From contig JBHHTW010000025.1 of assembly GCA_046861385.1 (NCBI GenBank), positions 1-32,836 on the forward strand: DNA of 32,836 nt, given 5' to 3'. Positions 1-9,086 of the stretch are shown piece by piece (the first letter of the stretch is position 1; the number at the start of each line of letters is the position of its first letter). Both the position numbers and the translations under genes were made by a program. This DNA is from Fidelibacterota bacterium (GTDB taxonomy: Bacteria; Fidelibacterota; Marinisomatia; Marinisomatales; TCS55). The notes under the pieces were generated by a model. The model worked only from the letters and a program-made list of their open reading frames with translations, was not told where the DNA came from and searched no databases.

Positions 1-1261
1 CCAATTGTTGTATAATTTTTTGCACTTTACCTAGGGGTCCTTTAAAAGTAATGCGGACACCTTGCTCAGTATAATGTTTATCCAAAACATCCATATCATT
101 TTGGATTTCTGATATCGTTTTTCCTTCTGAATAAGGTATTTCCAATTCAACGGTTTTATAACCTTCATTAATCATTTTCTTCACAGAATTTAACAATTCA
201 TCCAAACGAAGTTGATTTAATGCGGAAACCAGAATCGCATCTGGGAAATAGTTCTTCAATTGAATAAAAGTTTGTTCATTTTCCACTAAGTCAATTTTAT
301 TCAAAATAGTTAATTGCCTTTTGTCTCCAGATCCAATCTCTTTCAGTACTTCATAAATGGTATTCATATGATCTTTTACCTGCATGGAAGAAGCATCCAG
401 AACAATTAATAATAAATCGGACTCAACTACCTCCTTAAGTGTACTTCGAAAACTGGCCACCAGATTGTGGGGTAATTTCCGAACAAAACCTACCGTATCA
501 CTCAGTAGAATCGGTTGAGAATCATTGATATCCACTTGGCGTATGGTTGTATCCAGTGTGGCGAACAGTTGATCTTTTATATATACGTCCGCTCCACTGA
601 GAGCGTTCATCAGAGTAGATTTCCCTGCATTTGTATAACCCACAAGCGCGGCCCTGAAATAATTTTGTCTTCCCTTACTTTGAGTGGTTCGCTCGTTTTC
701 AATCTTTTGCAATTCTTTTTTTAACTTGGAAATTCGGGTTCGAATCAACCGTCTGTCAATTTCAATTTGTGTTTCTCCCATACCTGCTCTGGTTCCGACG
801 CCACCCATTTGACGTTCCAGGTGACTCCATTGTTTTGTAAGCCTGGGGAGTAAATATTCTAAATGAGCCAACTCAACTTGTGTCTTGGCTTCCCTGGACC
901 TGGCATGTTGTCGGAAAATATCTAATATTAAAGCGCTGCGATCAATCACTTTAATATTTTCAGCCAGATTCATAAAATTTTTTATCTGACCGGGAGAAAG
1001 GTCATCATCAAAAATAATAAGATCTGCACCCAACTCCTTTGCTTGTCCTACAATCTGATCTGCTTTTCCCTTGCCAACCAAATATTGTGGATTTAAACGG
1101 TTCAGTCTTTGAGTAATTCTACCCACAATATTTGCACCGGCAGTCTCGGAAAGTAATTCCAATTCATCTAAATGCTCATGCGCCGTAGTTTCATCAATAT
1201 TACCGTGAATCACACCAACCAATATTGCCTTCTCTTTATGGTTTATTTCCTGATTTTCCAT
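1..1261 (-). CDS. hflX: GTPase HflX (3' end runs off the window start)
   Basis: Hand translation from ATG at 1261 (TGATG overlap with the upstream stop): MENQEINHKEKAILVGVIHG...LDELELLSETAGA...; G1 motif ALVGYTNAGKSTLMN, G3 region LSDTVGFVRKLPHNLVASFRSTL, G4 LNKID. The frame is still open at base 2. Confidence 0.97.
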   Translation of the reverse strand, partial: MENQEINHKEKAILVGVIHGNIDETTAHEHLDELELLSETAGANIVGRITQRLNRLNPQYLVGKGKADQIVGQAKELGADLIIFDDDLSPGQIKNFMNLAENIKVIDRSALILDIFRQHARSREAKTQVELAHLEYLLPRLTKQWSHLERQMGGVGTRAGMGETQIEIDRRLIRTRISKLKKELQKIENERTTQSKGRQNYFRAALVGYTNAGKSTLMNALSGADVYIKDQLFATLDTTIRQVDINDSQPILLSDTVGFVRKLPHNLVASFRSTLKEVVESDLLLIVLDASSMQVKDHMNTIYEVLKEIGSGDKRQLTILNKIDLVENEQTFIQLKNYFPDAILVSALNQLRLDELLNSVKKMINEGYKTVELEIPYSEGKTISEIQNDMDVLDKHYTEQGVRITFKGPLGKVQKIIQQL

Positions 1262-3339
1262 CAATTGGTTAACGCTTTTCCTTTCAATGCATACAAATTA
1301 GGTCTGCCGATTATCGTTTCCAGAAGCATTAAGATAACAGCCAAGATTAAAAAATTTCTCCACAGTGCTTTTCCGTATCTGATGGATTGCAAGACATCTG
1401 AAATATTATCATTTGAGTCAATGTACAAAAAGTTATCAGAACCTAAATAATCTACAAGTGTTTGTCCATGAATTCGATTTATGGGACGTTCGTCAGGATT
1501 TAACATGGTGGAAAAAGCAACAATCAGCTCATTATTTGCATACAGTTCGTATGATCCCAATTCATTTGTTTGATCAATAATAACCAATTCTCGATTATAA
1601 TCAGGGATAAGTAATCGTTTGCTCCCTGAAGGTGAATATATTTCCCATTTAGCGCTTACCAAATCTTTTGGAAGTGAAATTTCTTTAATATCACCGGCAT
1701 AGACAGGTAATGTATTACTCTCATCCGTTGCCAATAAAATTAATATACGATGAATCATCGGAACAAAAATCCCGCGTAGCGCCAAATCATTCCATTCAAT
1801 TCCAATCGGTGATGCCAAATAAAAAACATTTCCTCCGATGAGTCGGTACTCCAGTAAATATGGATCTCCGTTATTTAATGAAAGAACGATGTTGTGACTT
1901 GATCGAGGTTTTACTCTTGAATACGAATATATTTCCGGCATTTCATCTGCCATTCTGCGAACCATAAGATCCGCAAAAAGCGCATGTTGTTTATCGTTTC
2001 GTTCAACTGAATAAAATGATTTTCCATCCTTTGTATTTGTTTGAATAAACGTAGGAAGTTTGAGTGCTGATTCGACCGACGCATCCAAATGGTAGTCTTC
2101 GGCATCTGCAATCCAAACGATACCGCCCCCTCGTGCAGAAAATCTTTGAATTTCATCTACCGCATTTGCAGAAAGGTTTTTAGGGCGGTGTAAAATGAGC
2201 ACATCGGTGTCATCCAGAAATAGTTTATCTATTACAGGCGTGATCTTGCGGTGAATATTCAAGTATCCTTGATCTCCGTTAATAGACTGTAATGCCTGTT
2301 CAAGTAAAAATATCGTTTCGACCGATCTTCCCACCAACATACAGGATATCTGCCGAGGGATGGACATTTCAAAGGTTTGCTGGTTATCAAATGAAAAATC
2401 ATCCTCAGGAATAGTCAATGATCCTCGAATGATTCCACTTTCTCCCGGATAAGCCTGAAAAATAAATTCTTTTGCTTTCCCCGGGTTGAATGCGGTGACA
2501 ACTTGCCCGACTCTTTTATTGTTTAAAAATAATTCTATGGGAATATTACGTTTTTCACTTTTTCCCTCGTTGGTGACAAGGGTATTCAGTTTCATCAGAT
2601 GGTCTTGCTGCTTTACCTGGCTAATTGGAAGCACTTCATAAATACCAATATTATCCTTAACGTTTTCTTGTCCAATCAAGTAAAACTTCCAATCATTCCA
2701 ATCCTGATTAATAGAGTTTACAGCAATTGAATCAGGCAAATTTTGAAAATCGCTTAAGATAAAACATTCTTTATTAATTTTACGTTGGTTAATAGAGGAT
2801 AATACTTGGGGTACTTTTTCCCAAAGATGATCCGGTGTCACCGATTGAGGAATTGAATTAACAGCATTATTAATGCTCTGAAAACGGTCATTCCGCCCAA
2901 CAAAAATCTTTTTCAGTGGATTAGTCTGAAATAATTCTATCGTAGTATTCTTATCCAATTTTCGAACAATCATTTTTGCTTGAGATTTAGCTTTTTCTAA
3001 AATGGAGTCATTTTCTCCAGTCAAAGCCATGCTTGCTGAATTATCAATGAATACTATTGCGATTGAGTTTACCTCCCCAACCGACCAATTGGATACCAAC
3101 CCTTTTGTAGATGGTCGAGCCAGCATTAATACCAAGGAAATAATGATTAAAGTACGAATTAGAATCAAAAGCCATTGCTTTATTTTCAATTTCCTAATGG
3201 ACTCGTGTCTCATTTCTTTTAAGAATCGAATTGAGCTGAATTCCATTTCTTTTGTTTGGCGCAAACTGATTAAATGGATTATAAGGGGGATGCTGGCAGC
3301 CGCAAGACCCCAAAGTAGCGATGGTGATAAAAACGTCAT
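1261..3339 (-). CDS. BatA-type N-terminal double-TM domain plus vWA domain membrane protein
   Basis: N-terminus PLIIHLI...FSSIRFL...LLILIRTLIIISLVLMLARP matches the BatA signature; MIDAS DNSAS and LSDFQ; C-terminal TM LWRNFLILAVILMLLE. Confidence 0.88.
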   Translation of the reverse strand: MTFLSPSLLWGLAAASIPLIIHLISLRQTKEMEFSSIRFLKEMRHESIRKLKIKQWLLILIRTLIIISLVLMLARPSTKGLVSNWSVGEVNSIAIVFIDNSASMALTGENDSILEKAKSQAKMIVRKLDKNTTIELFQTNPLKKIFVGRNDRFQSINNAVNSIPQSVTPDHLWEKVPQVLSSINQRKINKECFILSDFQNLPDSIAVNSINQDWNDWKFYLIGQENVKDNIGIYEVLPISQVKQQDHLMKLNTLVTNEGKSEKRNIPIELFLNNKRVGQVVTAFNPGKAKEFIFQAYPGESGIIRGSLTIPEDDFSFDNQQTFEMSIPRQISCMLVGRSVETIFLLEQALQSINGDQGYLNIHRKITPVIDKLFLDDTDVLILHRPKNLSANAVDEIQRFSARGGGIVWIADAEDYHLDASVESALKLPTFIQTNTKDGKSFYSVERNDKQHALFADLMVRRMADEMPEIYSYSRVKPRSSHNIVLSLNNGDPYLLEYRLIGGNVFYLASPIGIEWNDLALRGIFVPMIHRILILLATDESNTLPVYAGDIKEISLPKDLVSAKWEIYSPSGSKRLLIPDYNRELVIIDQTNELGSYELYANNELIVAFSTMLNPDERPINRIHGQTLVDYLGSDNFLYIDSNDNISDVLQSIRYGKALWRNFLILAVILMLLETIIGRPNLYALKGKALTN

Positions 3340-3923
3340 ACGATAAACGAACTCATAATAAGCATCGTAGTTCCTGAACCGATGGGAATCAGAATATTAT
3401 CATCAATATTTACTGGAAGCACTTCAAATATAGCAGCTGAAACAGCGCCGCTCAGACCTACATAAAAAGGGACAATATTAAATACCAGTATTACAATCAT
3501 GCATGCTCCAAAACAACTCAGCGTCCCTTCGAGAGATTTAGAACCGATAAACCTCTTCCCGAATGTTTGTCCCATGATGGATGCGGCTGTATCTCCGACG
3601 GACATAAATACTAAACTTAAGACTGCAATCTCTTTGGGGAAAAAGTAAATAACTGGGACTGAAATAATGAACGCCCAAGTCGCGCCGGTTATTTTCCCTT
3701 CCAGCTCATGTTTTCTCATCATGAAATTGAAAAGCTGATGAAAAATATCTTTAACTCTTGGTATTCTCAACCTGGCAAAATCAATCAGAATAAACACCAA
3801 AGCAAATGCAGCCATCGCAACGGTCATTTCAACACGATCCGGCACAACGGTTAAATAGCAAATGGGAATAAGAAGATTAAATAAATGAATTAATTTTCGT
3901 AATAATTCTGCAGAACCGACCAA
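3336..3923 (-). CDS. Dolichol/phytol kinase-like CTP-dependent polyprenol kinase (CTP_transf_1 superfamily)
   Basis: Multi-TM protein with RKLIH, GDTAASIMG, KSLEGT and IDDNILIP motifs. TTG start abuts the upstream stop. Confidence 0.85.
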   Translation of the reverse strand: MVGSAELLRKLIHLFNLLIPICYLTVVPDRVEMTVAMAAFALVFILIDFARLRIPRVKDIFHQLFNFMMRKHELEGKITGATWAFIISVPVIYFFPKEIAVLSLVFMSVGDTAASIMGQTFGKRFIGSKSLEGTLSCFGACMIVILVFNIVPFYVGLSGAVSAAIFEVLPVNIDDNILIPIGSGTTMLIMSSFIV

Positions 3924-4685
3924 TTAATCCTCAATTGTTATTTGGTTAAAAATGTCCTGTAAATCCAATATACTTACAACTAAATTTATTTTCATTGGTT
4001 TATCCAGAACGGTCCCCTCTGTAATGGATTGATCAAGAACTGTGTAAGGAACTAAATCCTGATCTTCATGATATGAAATTTTGCCAACGATTAAACGGGC
4101 AGCAGATATATGCTCCCTTGCTTGGTTAATACTCAATCCAATCACATTGGGCACTTGATAAAAATCTGGTGGTAATCCTTGACTTACCGTAATTTGGATT
4201 CCCATTCCGCGCTTAATGGAATTATTCGCCTTTGGGTATTGCCAAGCAATTGTTCCTTTTGGATATTCCGGATTGTATTCGGTATAAATTGTGTCTATCA
4301 ATAATCCTGCCTGCTGCAGGATTAATTCAGCGCTTCGCAGCGATTGTCCAATTAAATTGGGTATTTGAATTAATTTTTCAGTGGTTGACACCATTAATCG
4401 AACCGTACGCCCTTGTTTCACTTTCATATTCGGTTTAGGATATTGATCAATTACGTATCCGGGAGGTACGTTATTTGTGTACGTCGTATCATTGATTTCA
4501 GTATGATAACCTTCGGACTGAATTATCTCAATAGCTTTATTGATTGGTTTACCTTGTACATCCATTAAATATTGACCTTTATCATGCCGAGTGAAAAATG
4601 GCATAATCATAAATTCAAAAAGAAGAATTATGATTGCGGACAACACAGAAAAAATAGTGACATATTTTATTAATTTTCTAACCAT
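3924..4685 (-). CDS. Membrane-anchored triple-PASTA domain protein with no kinase domain
   Basis: N-terminal TM, then three PASTA-like repeats (DVQGK..VIDQYPKP; IPNLIGQS..AWQYPKA; VPNVIGLS..VLDQSI). Confidence 0.9.
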   Translation of the reverse strand: MVRKLIKYVTIFSVLSAIIILLFEFMIMPFFTRHDKGQYLMDVQGKPINKAIEIIQSEGYHTEINDTTYTNNVPPGYVIDQYPKPNMKVKQGRTVRLMVSTTEKLIQIPNLIGQSLRSAELILQQAGLLIDTIYTEYNPEYPKGTIAWQYPKANNSIKRGMGIQITVSQGLPPDFYQVPNVIGLSINQAREHISAARLIVGKISYHEDQDLVPYTVLDQSITEGTVLDKPMKINLVVSILDLQDIFNQITIED

Positions 4686-5967
4686 TGACTAATTTTACGG
4701 CAAACATACCATCCGTTTTACTGATTGGAGGAAAAGGAGAAAATGCGCCTTTACCATCAAACCATTTTTCAGAATATTTATTCGGTTCGTTATGTACGTG
4801 AAAATGATCATTTAATTTAAGAAACGTATCGATCACACCCCAATTTTCTTCAGGTTCAAGGGAACACGTTGAATAAATGATTCTACCTTCCGGTTTTATA
4901 TATTTGCTCATATGATTCAGCATTTGCGATTGTAACTTTACAAATGTTTGTATTTCTGCATACGATCTTCTCCATCGAATATCCGGTTTTTTATCAACGG
5001 CCCCGGTTCCGGAACATGGTACATCAATTAATATGCCATCAGCAAGAGGAAAGTTATCCTTCGTCGCATTTTTGATGGCTACGTTAACATTTTTCCAATT
5101 TGTATCAAATTGACTCATTCTTGCATCACTGATATCAGAAACATAAAGATGCCCTTCTCCTTGCATTAAATCAGCAATATATTGTGTTTTTGTGCCGGGT
5201 GCTGCACAGACATCCAGGATAGTTTCACCCGGTTTGGGGTGTAATAATTCAACAACTTTACCCGCTGCTCTGTCTTGAACAGTCAATTTCTTTGAATTAA
5301 GTAAATTTTTTAAACCGGATAAATTATGAACTACGGAATAAAAATTATCCGAGCCAGTCCATTTTTTTATATCTATATTTTCTTTATTACAAAATGCGAA
5401 TAATGATTCCTCGCTTAATTCTGATCCTGATCTTCGGATAGAATAAGATGGTGGAGAATTATAAATTTCTGCCAAGGCAATCGTCATTTTCTCACCAAAT
5501 TGATTAAGCCATTTATTCCATAACCATTCTGGGAATGAATGCCATTGGTAATTATCAAAGCCATTAGGTTTCTCATTACTATCTAATTCAATTGCTTTGC
5601 GAAGCAGTGCGTTTACAAACTTGCTTTGAGGTTGTCCTACAGTTTTTTTACATAATTCGACATAGGAGTTCACCGACGCATGATTAGGAATTTTTTCATC
5701 CATAAGAATTTCATAAAATCCTCCACGCAGAATATTCATTAATCGATGACGCATTTTTCTCTGAGGGTTCTTTAACAGCCTCCTAATCCAAGAGTCTAAC
5801 CGTCCTCTCCAGCGAATAATATCATTCGTATGGGCTGTCAAGCGTTGACGACTTTGACCATTAATAGAATGATGGATACAATATTGATCCCGGATTGATT
5901 TTAATTGTTTATTGGTTCGGTCAAATTCGGTTAGAATTGAAATAGAATGGTGTCGTATATCATCCAT
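4678..5967 (-). CDS. rsmB: 16S rRNA m5C967 methyltransferase RsmB/Sun (NusB-like N-domain plus methyltransferase)
   Basis: FVNALLRK, VQDRAA, LDVCAAPGTKT, DVPCSGTG and YSTCS motifs. ATG at 5967, just after the fmt stop, is preferred to the TTG at 5988. Confidence 0.92.
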   Translation of the reverse strand: MDDIRHHSISILTEFDRTNKQLKSIRDQYCIHHSINGQSRQRLTAHTNDIIRWRGRLDSWIRRLLKNPQRKMRHRLMNILRGGFYEILMDEKIPNHASVNSYVELCKKTVGQPQSKFVNALLRKAIELDSNEKPNGFDNYQWHSFPEWLWNKWLNQFGEKMTIALAEIYNSPPSYSIRRSGSELSEESLFAFCNKENIDIKKWTGSDNFYSVVHNLSGLKNLLNSKKLTVQDRAAGKVVELLHPKPGETILDVCAAPGTKTQYIADLMQGEGHLYVSDISDARMSQFDTNWKNVNVAIKNATKDNFPLADGILIDVPCSGTGAVDKKPDIRWRRSYAEIQTFVKLQSQMLNHMSKYIKPEGRIIYSTCSLEPEENWGVIDTFLKLNDHFHVHNEPNKYSEKWFDGKGAFSPFPPISKTDGMFAVKLVNG

Positions 5968-5968
5968 A

Positions 5969-6895
5969 TCAACCAAGTTCTGTTCCAATTTCTAAAGAAT
6001 AGCCGCGCAAGAAATCTGAAACCAACATACGTTTTTTCCCTTCTAACTGAATTTCAGATACACTTAATTGATCTGATCGCGTTTGAATTACAATATTATC
6101 AGATTCAATTCCGGATACAACGCCCGGTTTAAAATCAGATTTATTATGAATCACCTGTGTTTTATACAGTTTAATTATTTTACTATTTAGTGTGGTCTGA
6201 ACACCAGGAAAAGGGGATAATCCACGAGCAAGATTGTGAATGTCAATTGCTGAATTTTCCCAGTTTATTTTCGTGAGTGATGGTGTAATTTTTGGAGCAG
6301 AGGATGCTTCAGTATCATTTTGAGGGAGCGGAATAATTGTTCCATTCTCAAGCTTGTTCAATGTTTCTACTAATAATTCTGCACCCGCAATGCTCATCCT
6401 TTCGGATAATGAACCATAATCATCATCAGGATTGATATTAATTGATTGCTGCATTAATATTTTCCCTGTATCAATTTTTGGCTCGATTATAAAAGTAGTT
6501 AACCCTGTGGAATTATCACCATTTATCAAAGCCCGCTGAATAGGTGCTGCACCGCGATATTTCGGTAGTAGTGATCCATGGAGATTGATGGCTCCATATT
6601 TTGGAATGCGGATGAGTTCTTTCGGTAAAATACGATATGCAACCACAACAAATGCATCCGCGTTTAAATTTTTTAAAATATGAAATGTCTCAATAGAATG
6701 GAGATTTCCTATTTCTTCCGCTTTAAGCTGCGCGTCTTTTGCCGCAATTGATACGGGGGTTTCCTTAAAGGCTCTCCCTCTTCCCGCACGCTTTTTGGGA
6801 TTGGTTACAACTGCAATTATTTTATGATGACTTTGATGAAGCTTGCGCAAACTCGTTGTAGCAAAATTAGGATTACCCATGAAAATAATGTTCAT
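5969..6895 (-). CDS. fmt: Methionyl-tRNA formyltransferase
   Basis: IIFMGNPNFA, NLHGSLLPKYRGAAPIQRA, QLEGKKRM; adjacent to def. Confidence 0.97.
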   Translation of the reverse strand: MNIIFMGNPNFATTSLRKLHQSHHKIIAVVTNPKKRAGRGRAFKETPVSIAAKDAQLKAEEIGNLHSIETFHILKNLNADAFVVVAYRILPKELIRIPKYGAINLHGSLLPKYRGAAPIQRALINGDNSTGLTTFIIEPKIDTGKILMQQSININPDDDYGSLSERMSIAGAELLVETLNKLENGTIIPLPQNDTEASSAPKITPSLTKINWENSAIDIHNLARGLSPFPGVQTTLNSKIIKLYKTQVIHNKSDFKPGVVSGIESDNIVIQTRSDQLSVSEIQLEGKKRMLVSDFLRGYSLEIGTELG

Positions 6896-6963
6896 AACGA
6901 GATACCCGGTAAAGCGCTTCAGTTAGACCAAAGTGGTTTCATAATAAAAAATAGAAAGGATAA

Positions 6964-7512
6964 TTATAGAACGTATGAATTTTTGAATTTTTCGTTTTTT
7001 AAGTTGGTATATGTTTCTTTTTCAATTTCCTTTAATTGTTTTTTCAACTGTAACCGAATCATAGAGCTTACATGATCGATAACTAAAATTCCATTTAAAT
7101 GATCATATTCATGTTGAATGGCTCGCGCCAGAAGACCGGAAAATTCTTCTTCCTTTTCGTCCCCCTCCATTGTTCTATATTTGAATCTGACAAACTCAGG
7201 ACGTTTTACGTCCAATCGAATTTCCGGAATGGACAAACATCCTTCATCAAGAACAGATTCTCCCCAAGAACCCGTAATCTCTCCATTGATAAATACCTGT
7301 GCTTCATTTGATTCATCAGTGTGAGTGACGTCAATGATCATCAAATTCATATCAAAACCAACTTGGTTTGCAGCGAGTCCGATACCTTCCTCTTCGTACA
7401 TTGTGTCGAACATATCGTCAACTACCTTTGATATTGTATCAAAATGAGTGACTTCAGAACATTTCTTACGGAGAATGGGATCTCCGTATTTAACGACCTT
7501 TAAAACAGCCAT
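6964..7512 (-). CDS. def: Peptide deformylase
   Basis: GIGLAANQVG, EGCLS and QHEYDHLNG motifs. Confidence 0.98.
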   Translation of the reverse strand: MAVLKVVKYGDPILRKKCSEVTHFDTISKVVDDMFDTMYEEEGIGLAANQVGFDMNLMIIDVTHTDESNEAQVFINGEITGSWGESVLDEGCLSIPEIRLDVKRPEFVRFKYRTMEGDEKEEEFSGLLARAIQHEYDHLNGILVIDHVSSMIRLQLKKQLKEIEKETYTNLKNEKFKNSYVL

Positions 7513-7517
7513 TAATT

Positions 7518-7856
7518 TTAGGTTTCCACCACAGTATCTTCTTCAGAAACAGAGCCGATTAATCCTGCCACTGCTGATTTATTAACAGTCAAATTCATAT
7601 TTTTATCGATTTTAAGTATGACAACTTTACCGTTGTTTTTAAGACCTGCAATCGTTCCATGAATTCCTCCAATTGTAATAACTTTGTCCCCTTTTTTCAG
7701 ATTTTCCATCATTTGTTTTTTTTCTTTCTGACGTTTGGATTGAGGGCGAATCATTAAAAAATATATTACAACCATTATTAGAATAAATGGTAAAAATGCG
7801 GCGATTCCGCCGCCTTGCTGTCCTTCTGGCGCTGCTAATGCGTAAAGTAAATCCAA
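7518..7856 (-). CDS. yajC: Preprotein translocase subunit YajC
   Basis: YFLMIRPQSKRQKE...LKKGDKVITIGGIHG; TTG start preceded by AGGAG. Confidence 0.96.
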   Translation of the reverse strand: MDLLYALAAPEGQQGGGIAAFLPFILIMVVIYFLMIRPQSKRQKEKKQMMENLKKGDKVITIGGIHGTIAGLKNNGKVVILKIDKNMNLTVNKSAVAGLIGSVSEEDTVVET

Positions 7857-7881
7857 TTTTAACTCCTAAATATTGACCGTT

Positions 7882-7910
7882 AAATTACCCTTGAATAACA
7901 ACCGGTTCAA
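7882..7910 (-). promoter_or_regulatory. Putative sigma70 promoter for yajC-def-fmt-rsmB and downstream genes
   Basis: Minus strand TTGAAC-N17-TAATTT in the 60 bp gap, followed by AGGAG RBS (7863-7867). Confidence 0.55.
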
Positions 7911-7916
7911 AACCGA

Positions 7917-9086
7917 TTATAAAGGCAAATTAATTTTAAACACAGTCCCTTTATTTTCCGCCGGTTTGACAACTTCAATCTTTCCTGAATGTATCTCTTC
8001 TACAATACGTTTTACTAATGACAATCCCAATCCCCAACCCTTTTGTTTGCTGCTAAAACCTGGACGGAAAATATTTTTCCAATCTTTTCGCGGGATTCCT
8101 TTGCCATTATCAGTAATATGTAAAAGAAATTGATTATTTTCTATTTTTCCACTGATTTCAATTAATCCATTTTTATGATCAACCGCATCAATTGCATTCT
8201 TGATAACATTTTCCAGAGCCCATGATAACAATATGCCATTTCCTTGGATAAATATACTTTTATCTAAATTGTTTTGGATTGTCACATTTTTTCCTAATGA
8301 TGGCAGTCTTCTTTCTAAATAGAATCTAACCTCATCCACTACCAATTTTATATTTACAGATTCTTTTTTTGTATCCCTACCCATTTTGCTGAAACGATCT
8401 ACAATTTGCTCTAACCGCTTAGTATCAATAGACATTTCGGTTAACGCTTGCTCTGTTTTCTCAGGATGGTTTTTCATCAGATCAATCCATCCTAGTAAAG
8501 CAGAAACGGGCGTTCCTAACTGATGGGCAGTTTCCCGGGCCATACCAACCCAAATATGTCGTTTTTCACTATTTCGAATAATCGAAAATCCGGCGAACCC
8601 TAATATGATAAATAATGCCACTGCACCAATTTCAAGATATGGAAACCATCGTAGTTGGGTAATCAAGGATGAATCTCCAAAATGCAAATAACCAATTATA
8701 ATCGTTTCACCTGAAACATCATGAATATATTCCAACGGGATCGGTTTATTAGAAACATCCACGATTCTTTGATAGTTCAGAAGATCATCTTGAGTCATAT
8801 CCTGGGGAATGTTTTTTGTATAAATAGGAATGTGTTTGTTGTCCGAGTATATGATAGGGAATCGAACTTTTTTGATAATTTCGTCAAAGACAAAATTCAA
8901 ATTTGTGTCTGATTGATCTTTAATAGTCGATGCAATAATTTCGGCATAAAGTTGAACAATCTCCCTATTATCATCTCGAAGTTTGTTCACAATAGATTGA
9001 GAATAAACCAGCAATAAGCCGATCAAAGTGACTCCGAGGAGGAATAACCCCGATTTTATATTGACAGAATGGCGGTAGATATTCAT
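7917..9086 (-). CDS. Membrane sensor histidine kinase (orphan)
   Basis: Two TMs around a periplasmic domain; H-box ARETAHQLGTP; N box ENVIKNAIDA; G1 DNGKGI; G2 GWGLGL. Confidence 0.93.
   Translation of the reverse strand: MNIYRHSVNIKSGLFLLGVTLIGLLLVYSQSIVNKLRDDNREIVQLYAEIIASTIKDQSDTNLNFVFDEIIKKVRFPIIYSDNKHIPIYTKNIPQDMTQDDLLNYQRIVDVSNKPIPLEYIHDVSGETIIIGYLHFGDSSLITQLRWFPYLEIGAVALFIILGFAGFSIIRNSEKRHIWVGMARETAHQLGTPVSALLGWIDLMKNHPEKTEQALTEMSIDTKRLEQIVDRFSKMGRDTKKESVNIKLVVDEVRFYLERRLPSLGKNVTIQNNLDKSIFIQGNGILLSWALENVIKNAIDAVDHKNGLIEISGKIENNQFLLHITDNGKGIPRKDWKNIFRPGFSSKQKGWGLGLSLVKRIVEEIHSGKIEVVKPAENKGTVFKINLPL

Noticed and set aside
515-1450. Plus-strand ORFs 515-724 and 1172-1450
   Set aside because: Antisense to hflX and the BatA-vWA gene; the real gene here is hflX, which the ORF track missed.
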